DNA of 63,736 nucleotides, the filler included, from Octopus bimaculoides (taxonomy: Eukaryota): assembly GCF_001194135.2 (NCBI RefSeq). It is 6 parts of 6 records of this genome, joined end to end, with 100 filler letters (N's around TTAATTAATTAA, not from the genome) between each part and the next. Parts side by side here need not be neighbours in the genome. Positions count along the whole stretch, not along the records: positions 50,234 to 52,701 come from NW_026358479.1; positions 52,802 to 63,736 come from NC_069004.1; 4 more parts are not named here. One strand, 5' to 3'. The position numbers and the translations under genes were made by a program. The notes beneath the pieces were generated by a model. That model did no database searches, was not told the origin of the DNA, and worked only from the letters and a program-made list of their open reading frames with translations. Positions 50,234 through 63,100 of the stretch are shown here, in pieces. How positions within the stretch are numbered: the first letter of the stretch is position 1; every line of letters starts with the position of its first letter.

Positions 50234-52701
50234 CGAATGAACGAACTCAGAGACGTACGTACGTACGAAAGAACGAACGAACGTATGTACTTTTGTCCAT
50301 ACGTACGAATGAACTTAGGAACAAACGAACGAACGTACGTACTTACGTAATTACGTACGTACGAACGAAGGAACGTACCTTGTGTCCGTACGTACAAACG
50401 ATNNNNNNNNNNNNNNNNNNNNNNNNNNNNNNNNNNNNNNNNNNNNNNNNNNNNNNNNNNNNNNNNNNNNNNNNNNNNNNNNNNNNNNNNNNNNNNNNNN
50501 NNNNNNNNNNNNNNNNNNNNNNNNNNNNNNNNNNNNNNNNNNNNNNNNNNNNNNNNNNNNNNNNNNNNNNNNNNNNNNNNNNNNNNNNNNNNNNNNNNNN
50601 NNNNNNNNNNNNNNNNNNNNNNNNNNNNNNNNNNNNNNNNNNNNNNNNNNNNNNNNNNNNNNNNNNNNNNNNNNNNNNNNNNNNNNNNNNNNNNNNNNNN
50701 NNNNNNNNNNNNNNNNNNNNNNNNNNNNNNNNGAACGAACGAATGTACGTACGAACGAACGGACGAACGAATCAACGAACGTACGTAAGTACGAATTTAC
50801 GAACGAATGAACGATCGAACGAATGAACTCAAATAGTACGTACGTACGAACGAACGAACGTCCGTACCTACGTAAGAACGTACGAACGAATTAACGAACG
50901 TAAGTACGAACGAAAGAACGAACGAACGAGCTCACAAAAGAACGTACGAACGAACGAATGAACGAACGAATGTAAGTACGTACGAACGAACGAACGTACG
51001 TACTTACGTAATTACGTACGTACGAACGAAGGAACGTACCTTGTGTCCGTACGTACAAACGATCGAACGAACGAACCTGCGTACGTACGTAAAAACGAAC
51101 GTACGTACGTACGAACGAACGTACATAAGTACGAACTTACGAATAAATGAACGATCGAATGAACGAACTCAGAGACGTACGTACGTACGAAAGAACGAAC
51201 GGACGACCGAACGTAAGAACGTACGAACGAACGAAAGTAAGTACGAACGAAAGAACGAACGAACGAAAGAACGAAAGTTCGTAAGTAAGAACGATCGAGC
51301 GAACAAACCAACGAACGTACGTACGTTTGGACGGACGAAAGAACGAACGAACGTACGTACGTACATATAAACGAACTAACGAACTTACGTACGTACGTAC
51401 AAAGGGGCGAACGAACGAAATGAACAAATGAATGAACGACCGAACGAACGAAAGACCAAACAAACGAATGTACGAAAGAACGAACGAATGAATGAACGAA
51501 CGTACGCACGAACGACCGAACGTACGTATTTATGTAAGTACGAACGATCGAACGTACCTTATGTCCGTGCGTAAGAACGAACGAACGTAAGTGCGTACGA
51601 ACGAACGTAAGTGCGTACGAACGACCGAACGAAAGTGCGTACAAACGAACGAATGAATGTACGTACGAACGAACGAATGAATGTACGTACGTATGTACAA
51701 ACGAAAGAACGAACGTACGGACGGACGGACGTACGAAGTAGCGAACGTACGTAAGTATGTACGTACGAACGATCGAACGACGGAACGTACCTTATGTTCG
51801 TACGTACAAACAACGAACGAACAAACGAACGAAAGAGCGTACGAACGAACGTACGTCCGTATTACGAACGATCGAACCTGCGTACGACAGTGCAAATGAA
51901 CAAATGAACGAACGGACATAAGTACGAACTTACGAACGAATGAACGATCGAACGAACGAACTCAAATACGTACCTACGTACGTACGAACGGACGAACGAA
52001 CGTAAGNNNNNNNNNNCGTACCTACGTACGTACGAACGGACGAACGAACGTAAGAACGTACGAACGAATTAACGAACGTAAGTACGAAGGAACGAACGAA
52101 CGAGTGCATAAAAGAGCGTACGAACGCAAAAAACGTACGTACGAACGAACGAACGAAGGAACGTATCTTGTGTCCGTACGTACAAACGAACAAATGGACG
52201 AAAAAACGAATGTAGTACATATGTACGAACGACCAAACGAACGAACGAACGAACCTGCGTACGTACATACAAACGAACGAACGAATGCACGTACGTACGA
52301 ACGAATGAACGAACGTACGTACAAACCAACGAACAAATGAACGAAAGCACGAACAAAAGAACGTACGAACGACCGAACGAACCTGCGTGCGTCCGTACAA
52401 ACGAACGAACGAATGTACGTACGTACGTGCGAATGAACGATCGAATGAACGAACTCAAATACGTCCGTACGTACGAACAAACAAACGAACGATCGAACGT
52501 AAGAATGTACGAACGAACGAACGTAAGTACGAACGAAAGAACGAACGAATGAACGAGTGTACAAAAGAACAAACGCACGAGCGTACAAACGAACGAACGA
52601 ATGAACGTAAGTACGTACGAACGTACGTACGCACGAATGAACGAACGAACAAACGAACGAATGAACGTACGTACGTAAGAACGAAAGAAAGATCGAACGA
52701 A
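50234..52701. repeat. CpG-dense ACGA/ACGT tetranucleotide satellite with higher-order units
   Basis: Continuous cgaa/cgta runs with recurring unique cassettes; bounded by two linker gaps. Confidence 0.95.
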
Positions 52702-52801
52702 NNNNNNNNNNNNNNNNNNNNNNNNNNNNNNNNNNNNNNNNNNNNTTAATTAATTAANNNNNNNNNNNNNNNNNNNNNNNNNNNNNNNNNNNNNNNNNNN
52801 N

Positions 52802-54690
52802 TTTGGATTTCATTTGTTTCATAGCTTTTGTTGTTTCTTCTTCTTCTTCTTCTTCTTCTTCTTCTTCTTCTTCTTCTTCTTCTTCTTCTTCGTATTTGTT
52901 AGGTAGATTGATTTCTTGTTTGTATTTGTCAGCTTCCTTAAATACTGAAAACAGTTTTTTGCTTTGCTCGTGTTTTGTAGTTATTTGTATTAGTTTTCCT
53001 TGCTTCTGAAGTAGGTATTTTTGCAGTCCTATTGAGCTGAAACGTTGTGTTAACAACAAACAAGATGAGGACAAATATCCGTCAAATGTAAATAATGTAG
53101 AATCAAGCATTGTTATTTGGAGGCTGTCCTCAAAGCAGCTAAGGCCCGTCTTTAGAGGTTGAATGGCTTCAGTGTACAACAGCTTCAGCTCGGTGATAAG
53201 AGTAAAATGTTACCCAATTGGAACTGTTTTAAATCCTGTGGTAGGTCCGTCAGAGGTGTTTATTTGCATCATTTCTCTTCGTCTGATCTTGTACCGCTAG
53301 GATAAATCCTGTTTCGGCTTTCAAACCAACACTCTGCAGCCACTGGTGGGTTATCCTCATATATACATCAGCTTCCCCAGCTCGTTTGGGGTATTGCCCG
53401 TGAAATGGTTTTTCTTGCTACAGTCTTGATACTTCATTCAAGCTTTCTTGTTTGGCTTTTGTTTTACACTTTTTTGCTGCCTTAGTGGGCATCATCAGAA
53501 TAATCATAATAATTATTATCATAATCAAGAAGGTTAAGCTCTCGTCTGTATTTATATCCCACCTTTGAGATTGAGTGCAATTTCTTACTCTGTTCGTGTT
53601 GCATTATCAGCTGTGTCATCTAGTCGGTGTTACTTTGGATGTACACTTGGAGTCCTATCGTGGTCGTTTTATAAGACGTTTGAAGCTGGATTAAACCTTT
53701 GCCGCCTTCCTTTCGTGGGAGATAGAACCTGTGGATTTTGGGCAGTGCATCCTGTTTAGTGTCAGCAGTTTCCTGGTCTTTATGTCCATAGGCTGGAGAT
53801 CACTTACACTCCAATTGATGACATTAAGGCTATTCTGGACAACTGGTACTGCAAGGAAATTTATAACTGCAATTCTGTTCTGAGACTTCAGCTCAGTATT
53901 CAGGACCAGTCTGACACGTCTATAATACTCTTTCCCCGATCGTCTATTTCGTTGATCCGTGTTGAATCCCTTTCCCTTCGTGTATCCCAAGATACTTTAA
54001 AAAGCTTTCTTGGTCCAGGTCATTGATAGATGTATCAGGATCAAGTTGGGTCGTGGTATTAGCTGTTTACTATTATTATTATGAAAACTAACAGCTGATT
54101 TTGCTGGGTATGATGGAAAGTGTCAGCTATCCACAGCCAGCAGACTAAGGTGACTCTTGTTTACTGGTCATGCTTCAAGAACACTGCGAAGGATTCTTGC
54201 AGTTCCAAGCAATGCTGATTTTTGTAGGTGTTCTACCTTCACACTTTCACCGATCTTTTTCAGTCATGTTGGTAGTTGAGTGTTGATACTTCCAAGTTCA
54301 CCAATTACTATTGGAATCACGTCTACTCTCTTCATTGACCACAGCCTTCGTATTTCTCACTTCAAATCGTCATAGTTGTTTATTTTTTTCTTTTCACATT
54401 GATCCTGTTGTCATCGGGACATGCTATGCTAATTATCATACATGTTCTTTCTTTTAATTCACCACAACAATGTCCGGTTTCCTATGTCTGGTCGGGTGAT
54501 TGCACTAGATCATTGCATTCCACAGGATTTTGCAATTCTCATTTCCGGTGACTCCTTCTGGGGTTTGCTGATACCATGTCTTTGCTCTTTGTAGGCCGTG
54601 ATTACCATAGAGCTCTCAATGGATCTTTCTTGCCACATCATCATGGTGTCTTTTGTATTCCCGTTGTGCCAATTTCGGGGCTAACGATGT
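52802..54690 (-). mobile_element. Cluster of three head-to-tail decayed R4/Dong-like LINE fragments
   Basis: 54690-54085: RLE end (REYKRHHDDVARKIH, KPDIVVV, WSMKRVDVIPIVIG, LQKSALLGTARILR) plus 3' UTR and TAA tail. 54080-53170: KYLGIHEG, KEYYRRVRLVLNTEL, LKAETGFILAVQDQ. 53160-52802: second copy of the IGLQKYL...HEQSKKL segment. Confidence 0.85.
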
Positions 54691-54733
54691 ACTGCTGCTT
54701 CTTCTTCTTCTTCTTCTTCTTCTTCTTCTTCTT

Positions 54734-54792
<59 letters not shown>

Positions 54793-55322
54793 CATTATCC
54801 AGTAGTGCAGCATTCGCCTCTGGTTCTCAAGTGTAAACTTGCCAATACAGCAGACCCGAATGTACCCTCTCCATGAAAGCGTCGCCCGTGTAGGACCACC
54901 CCGCTCACTCATCCTCCGTTAAGCTACTGATGCATCATATATGCAAATATATGTACAAACATGTGTGTATGTGTGTGCGTGCGCGCGCGTGTATAAACAC
55001 GCACATATATATAGACGAGTGAGTGGACAAACGAAAGAAAAAGGCACTCAACACATTTAGTAGGAGTTACATGTATTAAAGATCCTCAGGCCTCTAACAG
55101 AAGGCCGTCTCTTTCAAGCTTTAGATTATCAAATTGAAAGATTGAAAGATTGGTTGGAAATATATACTATACTATACTCTAATATAATATAATATAATAT
55201 GATATAATATAATATAATATAATATAATATTATATTATATTATATTATATTATATATGTGACCGCGTGTGCATCGCTGGCCATTTTCTTTCTCTGTCTTC
55301 CCTTCTTTGGACTTTTCCTATA

Positions 55323-55355
55323 TTTCTGATGAAGAGCTCCGCTCGAAACGTGAAA
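55323..55355 (+). ncRNA. Hammerhead motif family A
   Basis: UUU CUGAUGA A GAGC-UCC-GCUC GAAAC GUG AAA; the GUG triplet is predicted non-cleaving in this copy. Confidence 0.68.
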
Positions 55356-55576
55356 ACCTCTTTCTTTTCTTTCCTTTCCTGAGCGTCCAATAACACTACT
55401 TATGCCACGTCCTCGTGTTGTTGTTTTTTCGTATTTTTTCTTGCTTGTTCATGTTTGGATTATCAAATTGAAAGATCATTTGATATAATATTCACTAAAA
55501 ATTATCGTACTAATTAATACATACTTTATAAGTACAAATTATAACTACTACAATTAGTAAACATAAAATAGGGTTT

Positions 55577-55613
<37 letters not shown>

Positions 55614-55639
55614 CACACATACACATACACATATATACA

Positions 55640-56490
55640 CAATTAGCTAAACTTATTATATAAACAATTTAATTTATGTCTACATTTAATTTTACGTTCA
55701 TCAATGAAGTTATCAAAGTATTATTATTATTTAATAATATTTCCTTAAATTAATTAGTACACAACATACAAAAATTACTACCTATACGATAAGATTTCGC
55801 CTTACAAACTATTTCCCAATTTAAAATGTACTTAATATTTTTAGATTTTAGTTCACAAATATATTTACTAAGACCAATAGAATTAATAAAATCTCTATTC
55901 TTAAAGGAATTTATGTGTTGAGCCACACGTAATTTAATTTTATTCGAAGTCGATCCTATGTAAATCTTATTTAAATTATAACCATCAAATTTATTTCCAT
56001 CAATTAAAGTCACTATACATTTATACACCACATCCTCCAAATCACATTTATTATTAAATTTACATTTGGTCTTATCTCTACACGTACAATTAATTATATC
56101 CTGGTCCTTATTAGAATAAGTATTTAATTTGTATGTGTAAAACTTATTTAACTTAAATCTGTTAAAAGAAGAAATAATGTTACCGACATTATTAGTAGTA
56201 GAATAACCAACTCCCAAATTATTACTAGAAAAAATATTATTATATCTTTTATTATCTCTAAGGAATATATCAATTATATTTAAAATCTCTTTAATAATGT
56301 TAGTTTTAATTTGAACGCCGTATGGAATAATTAGCCAAATTTTGTTCTTATTATTGATATTATTATATTTATTATTTATATTATTAAATTTATTATTATC
56401 AATAAAGGAATTAAATTTAATCTTATTATTTTGTCCATTATAATTATGTTTATGTTTTTGTATTATCATAATACCTATTATTCTTACCAT
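55640..56490 (-). mobile_element. Penelope-like element GIY-YIG endonuclease region, no RT present
   Basis: 246-codon ORF (55750-56490) with WLIIPYG..IKTNI, VGYSTTNN, CTCRDKTKCKFNNKC, VVYKC...YIGST, KLRVAQH, LSKYICELK, WEIV.KAK and CMLC. In-frame TAA at 55750, and the KCRHK tail follows in another frame. Confidence 0.88.
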
Positions 56491-57092
56491 TATTAACTAA
56501 GTAGACCTTATCATAATTATTAATGTTATGTTTATTATTATAGAAAAACAACCCTAGGCTTCTGCGTCTGTTTTGTCAGGGATTTTACGGCTGGATGCCC
56601 TTCCTAACATCAACCGCTCCACAGAGTGGACTCAGTGTTTTGTACGTGGTACTTGCACAGGTGAGATTAGTTTTGGCATGATTTTTACAGCTGGATGCCT
56701 TTCTTCCAAACGCCAACCGTGTTACACTGTGGACTGGTACCAGCACTGGTAAGGCTACCAAGTAACAAACAAGACAAGGGGTTATGAGAGGGGAAGGTCA
56801 TTTGAGAAGGATCACTTGTGTAAAAGGATGAAAGGTTTAGAGTGTGGCAAAGAGATAGAGAGACAGAAGCAGGTGCCTTGCCACAACAGAGGGGGGATTA
56901 GAGGAGGTGATCCTGCATCAAATGATGAAAGGCTAAGAGTGTAACAGGAAAACAGAGAGGCAGAAATATGTCTATCTCGTTTTGCCGAACCGCTAGTTTC
57001 GGGTACGTAAACACACTGACACCGGCTATCAAACGGTGGTTGGGGACAACTAAAGAAGCAAGCACACACACACACACGCGCGCGCACACACG

Positions 57093-57170
<78 letters not shown>

Positions 57171-58249
57171 AACACGCGCGCGCATATATGACGGGCTTCT
57201 TTCAGTTTCCATCTACCGAATCCACCCACAAGGCCTTGATCGGCCTGAGGCTATACTAGAATACACTTGCCGAAGGTGCCACGCAGTGAGACTGAACCCA
57301 GGACCATGTTGTTGAAAAGCAAGCTTCTTACCATGACTATATATAGGTGTTTAGTGACATATTTCATTTTGTTCAAAGGGGGGCATGGATGAAATATATA
57401 ACCTTCCTCTCCACTGATTCAAAGTTGGCTGCATCAGGCCACCGAGGAAGCAGCTGCATATATTTACATAGCACCACATTAGGTTAGAAGTTCCCCTTCT
57501 CAAATGTCCTGCCCCTCTCATAATTTCTTGTCTTGTGAGTTACTTGGTTACACTGTCAGTGCTGGTGCCACGTTAAAAGCATCCAGTCCACACTGTAACG
57601 TGGTTGGCATTTAGAAAGGGATCCAGCTGTAAAAAAGCATGCCAAAACTAACCTCACTTGTGCAAGTGCCACGTAAAAAGCACTGAGTCCACTCTGCGGA
57701 GTGGTTGGTGTTAGAAAGGGCATCTAGCCGTAAAACCTCTGATTTGATGAATTATGGTATCGACGCAATAAGTTTGATATTGCGGGGTCTGAAGTGATCT
57801 TCATCCACTTTGACAATGTATGTATTATTGGATAACCACCGATTTCACTGATTTCCTTCATTCTTTGACAGTGGTTGTTGTCCATCCTGCAGCCCTGTCC
57901 CCAAATCACACTCCTAACCAATCAAGAAATGTAGGCTTGCCACTTTAGTCACCAACAAACCGAGTGTGCAATAGGTTGCACTGGTTACATGTTACCTGTT
58001 GCGCTCTCAAGTGACTTGATCTCATCCCCAACACTTCTCTCTCCCTTTCTCTCACTCACACATATATGATGAATGTGTGTATGGGAGAAAAATATTTTCA
58101 AGCATCATTTGCACGTGTATGGCACGTGTATATACCTAAAACACAGAGCTCTAAGTCCTTGCTTTATATATACAAATATAGACATACATAAGACTGTAGT
58201 GTGTATTTTTCTGTGAGATTGCCGAATAGTGAGAGAAGAATATCTATAG

Positions 58250-58641
58250 CAGGGGTTCTCAACCATTTTTTATCTATGGACCCTTTTGATTACTATTTTA
58301 TTCTGGTGGACCCCCACAGCTATTCGATGTTTAAACACTAGTTTTATAGAAACTTTTTTCAAAATTCCTATTTTGTTGTTTTTCACTTGTGTAGATTGAA
58401 ATATGTAAAATGTTAGAGAAAGAGACTTAGCTGCTTCTTGCAATACATACATATCAATACATACATATCAATACATATCAATACATATCAATACATATCA
58501 ATACATACATCTGAAGTAAAATATTATCAGGGGCCCTTAAAATACTATTGTGGATCCCCAATTTGTTCTTTTGTTGTATGGACTACCCAAAATTTTATAT
58601 GCACCCTCAGGGGCCATGAAGACTCCTATTGAGAACCACTG
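58250..58641. mobile_element. hAT-Charlie-type MITE
   Basis: TIR caggggttctcaa / ttgagaaccactg. Interior is similar to 10481-10836 and to the reverse complement of 35024-35340. Partial relatives at 3444-3600, 33056-33200 and from 59654. Confidence 0.82.
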
Positions 58642-59104
58642 GTATATAGAATCAATCTCACATGTCTTGGAAAGCCTACAAAGACCATGGACATTGTCCT
58701 TTGTTTTGTCCGTCCCATCAAATAAAACAAATTCTCTCTGGTACAGGCGTCACATAGCAGTTTCCTCTTTGGTTCAACCAATATAAAAGAGAACAGTGCA
58801 ATAAGAGGTTCCTAATTTGGCAATATCTTCTAGATATTTCTTTAGTAAAGTAAAATAGTCTTTTCAGAAATTGTCTGATAAACTTCACAAGTCCACATAA
58901 CTCTTTGGATACGTTTTTATGTATCTGAGAATGTGTGTGTATGAATGTGTGTTTGTTTATGTAGTGAGTCTGTCGACCTACTTGACTCTTTCTCTTTTTC
59001 TTTTATCCTTTATCTCACAATATCTGTCTGTCTGTCTGCCTCTCACTCACCCAGACTCTCGCTCTCTTTCTCTCTCTCACCCAGTCTCCCACGCTCTCTC
59101 TCTC

Positions 59105-59150
<46 letters not shown>

Positions 59151-61624
59151 CCCGAATACATATACAAACGTAATAATTTAAAATTCGGGTATATTTTATA
59201 TTATGTATAACTCATCCTTGCTTGGGCACGCACTTCCACACACATACACACGCACACTCGCACACTCACACACAATCGCACAAGCTCNNNNNNNNNNNNN
59301 NNNNNNNNNNNNNNNNNNNNNNNNNNNNNNNNNNNNNNNNNNNNNNNNNNNNNNNNNNNNNNNNNNNNNNNNNNNNNNNNNNNNNNNNNNNNNNNNNNNN
59401 NNNNNNNNNNNNNNNNNNNNNNNNNNNNNNNNNNNNNNNNNNNNNNNNNNNNNNNNNNNNNNNNNNNNNNNNNNNNNNNNNNNNNNNNNNNNNNNNNNNN
59501 NNNNNNNNNNNNNNNNNNNNNNNNCACACGCACACACGTACGCACACACACGTACGCACACACACACGTACGCGCACACACGTACGCACACGTACGCACA
59601 CACAAACACTTGTGGACTTTCTAGAAGTCTTGAAAAATCTGTTAATTTAAATCAGTGGTTCTCAACCGGGGCCCACAGAAACTTTAAGGAAGTCCACGAG
59701 TAAAAAATTGTAATTTGTCGGTCCATATATAAATTTTGGAGAGGAACCTGTATTTATTGAAATTTTCTAGATTTGTATTTGGAATTTGTGTTATGAATAT
59801 AAGGAAATTGTTTCATTGTTAGTTTTTACTAACCTACAAACAAATATTTTATTTCAAAAATTTACATGTGCATATATAGGGTCCACAGGTGATGAGATAA
59901 CTCTCAGAGAGTCCATAAGCAAAATAAGGATGGGAACCCCTAATTTAAATTGTCCGATGTCTCTCCCCTTCTCTTTTCTTACTTCCTCTCTTATTCATTC
60001 GGGTATGTACCTCGGGTACTTAAACTATTCACTCTGCCATAATTGAAAGCACGAAAAATGGGGTCTTTTTCACAACAAAATGATAAAACCCTTAATTTAT
60101 TACCCCAACCAACGTCTTTTCTTTGATTCGTTCCTAACTTTTCTTTGCGAATATATTTATACATCTTTACGGTAGCGAGTCGGCAGAATCGTTTAGCACG
60201 GCAGGCATAATGCTTACCGGCATTTCGTTTCATTTTTTACGTTCTGAGTTCAAATTCTGCTGAGGTCGACTTTGCCTTTCATCTTTTCAGGGTCCATAAA
60301 ATAAGTACCATTTGAGCTAGGGAGCCAATGTAATCGACTAACCCACCCACCGCCCCTTATACCAAAATCTGAAACCAATAGATTAGTACATCTTTCCTCT
60401 CTATGTTTTTTCCTTCCTTGCTTCCTTCTTTGTTTCTCTTTCATTAAATCCCGGTCATTTAAAGACTGACCACTGAATTAGCATGGATGTTGCCGTTTTT
60501 GGCGTGTTTAATCAGAAAGGATTCGACCTATCTTCGCTTCAGTTCTAGACGATTCCGCTCTCAAGCTGTTTTTTGCGTCTTCATACACAAACCAGCACGA
60601 GTTTCCTATAAGTTATTTTCACAGCTCGGAGATGATGCAGAATACATGCCGTACATTTTTTGCAGTAATGTGCAGATCAGTTTAATCATCAAGATTTCAA
60701 CTCCTGTCAATACGATGATCTTATAATTTGATATCGTGTTTTTCACGAAGCTTGTGCAATTGTAGCAATAAATATGCATATAAACTGCCACCAAGTCTTG
60801 TCATAACTCCACTCTACAACTATAATAAACATCATGTACAATAACGTGTCTGTGGAAGCACTGTGGATTGGTTGAGTGATCGCGAATCAAATGAATGGCA
60901 TTATCTTTCCGATTGTCGACAAGCCATGACACAAGCTTTCTCACTCCCTTTAGATGCAGAAGACAAACAGCTACAGCACCTAACAAAAATTCATCCGAAA
61001 ATCCTTTTCTTATCAGCTCCAAAAGCTTTATTCAACCACCACTAACGTAAGCAGAATGAAAGGTAGGTTTGGTGAGACTGTGTATGCTTTAGATTTGCGT
61101 GGTTGTACAAGAACGTGGTTAAATGCCTGTTCTAAAACATTAGCGATATCAATTAAAGTGAGATAGTGACAAAGGTGTGTAGTTCGGAAATTGAACACTT
61201 AAGTTCTCTTAATGTAAACGGAAACAATATTATTATGTGGGAGAGGAAAGGATATAAATGAGGGAAAACATTTGGTTTTGTATGTATGTTTTTAAATATG
61301 CCGTGTATCTGTAGTTTGACCGAATTTGGTGCTGTTTTAAGTGTAAAGAATTTGGCTGGTTGTTGACCTAGTATTAAAGTAAGAGGATGCATGAATGTAT
61401 GAGGAAGAAGTTTACTTCGCAACCACATAAAAGCAAACATGTACGTGCAAGAAAGGTCGAGCAAGAAAGAAGAAAGAACGAGATGTATATTTATATCTCA
61501 TCCTCACCAAAACAGATCCCTGTAGAAATTACACACGTGCGCGCACGCACACACCCACACACACACACACACACACACGCACACACGCATACACCCACAC
61601 CCACACCCACACACACACACACAA

Positions 61625-63100
61625 GACGACACTTCTAGCCGTCAATCCTTCCATCCATTTGAACGTTGTCAATCACAGTCCTTTCACATCTCGGAGGTGG
61701 GGACTTCTTTGGAATATTCGGCTGGCTGTTGCCCCTTAAAACCAACCCCTTCTAGTTTTCCCCGACCATCCTTTATCTTCTGTTATCTTCTGTTATCTTC
61801 TTACTCTTCTTTCTTGCAGAGCAGTAAACTTTCTACTCTCGTTCTGCTATTACTCTCTTTTCAGGCTGTAACAAACCTTGCTTCTTTTTATCCTGGTTAC
61901 AGCAACTTCATCCAAACATCTTTTGTTCTTTCTTTCTTCAAACGACCCTCTCTTTTATGTCCTAATTCTCACAGTGCCAACAACTTTCATTAAATCTTCC
62001 TGCTTCATGTACATGCTCCATCCTTGCTTTGAATCCGGAACTGCTAGACCTTACATATGACTCACATTCCAGAGCTCTAGCCAGTGCCACCTCTGGCATA
62101 GTTTTCGGTTGTGCCTTCTTTGCTTGAACTTTGAGCTCGGCACTGTTCAGAGCATCGATAAACTGTTCTTTCAAAGGAAGAGCCAAGAAGTTAGGTGTTA
62201 CCGTAGGGTATGCCTTATGTGTCACACTCTCCAGATCTTGGGCATGCTGTTGTTGTGACTCTCCTCTAGCCCTTACGCGGGTCCGAAATTGTGCCCTATA
62301 CGCTTCACTCTGGTACATAATGCCATATCTTCACTGTAACACTTCAACTAGTGAAGAATAACGGCTTCTGTTGACAACTGACTCAACCCCTCTGGTGCAG
62401 CACCCTTTGGACTAGTAGCAAACTGAACTGCTCTTTGCCTATCGTCACACCCATTCTGGCCAGCCAGCAGCTCAAACTTGATACGGTAGGCCTCCCATGA
62501 CACTTCGCCATCAAATGTTGTGGCTTCTTCTTAATGGAAACTCTACTGCAGCCTTGCACTTCGCTGGATCGGAGCCCAAACACTGGAGCCTCACGATTCA
62601 GTCAAGTATCCAAAACTACCTTCTGACCACCAGCAGGCACACTCACTCCCGAAAGAGCACCTCAGAAGGTTTGGCCATTTTCAAAATTCAGCACACGATA
62701 TCCACCATTTCCATTCACTCTCTGCACAGTAGCCTGAGGCTCAGCAGCATAAAACTATTCTACGCCCTCCATTCTTTCATTAAACATTTTCAAATGTTCA
62801 TCTACATGTTGCTTGAACCATGTAATATCATCACTCACCTCACGTCTGTACTGCTTTAGTTCTTCACGTATCTTTTTCTTGAACTGTTGTTCCTCTTACA
62901 CCTGCTGCTGACCCTTCTCCATTCTTCTCATGAATGTGTCCAGCTGTTCCTAAGGATGTGTATGCTGCGCTTTCTGCCCTTCCTTAAACTCCGTTATTCC
63001 ATCACTTTGGTCTTGTACTATTTTCATGATTGCAGCCAGGGACAACTCTTTTTTCTCTGCCTGCCTCCTTATGTGCACTCCTGCGACTCCATAGCTCACT
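61625..63100 (-). mobile_element. Decayed Ty3/gypsy gag and start of protease
   Basis: Coiled-coil N-terminus; FDGEVSWEAYRIKFELLAGQNG; YRAQFRTRVRARGES...EQFIDAL; CWHC knuckle remnant; VQMDGRIDG*KCRLV stops at a CA microsatellite just before the expected DTG. Many stops. Confidence 0.85.

Noticed and set aside
50234-52701. Regularly recurring cassettes as a possible CRISPR-like array
   Set aside because: No constant-length repeat with unique spacers, eukaryotic context and no cas genes.
51012-52749. Many VRSF/RTNE-repeat ORFs
   Set aside because: Translations of the ACGA/ACGT satellite.
60480-61050. Higher-complexity, coding-like stretch (also 58650-58900 and 12530-13030)
   Set aside because: All frames have multiple stops and I recognise no motif; probably old transposon debris that needs a database search.
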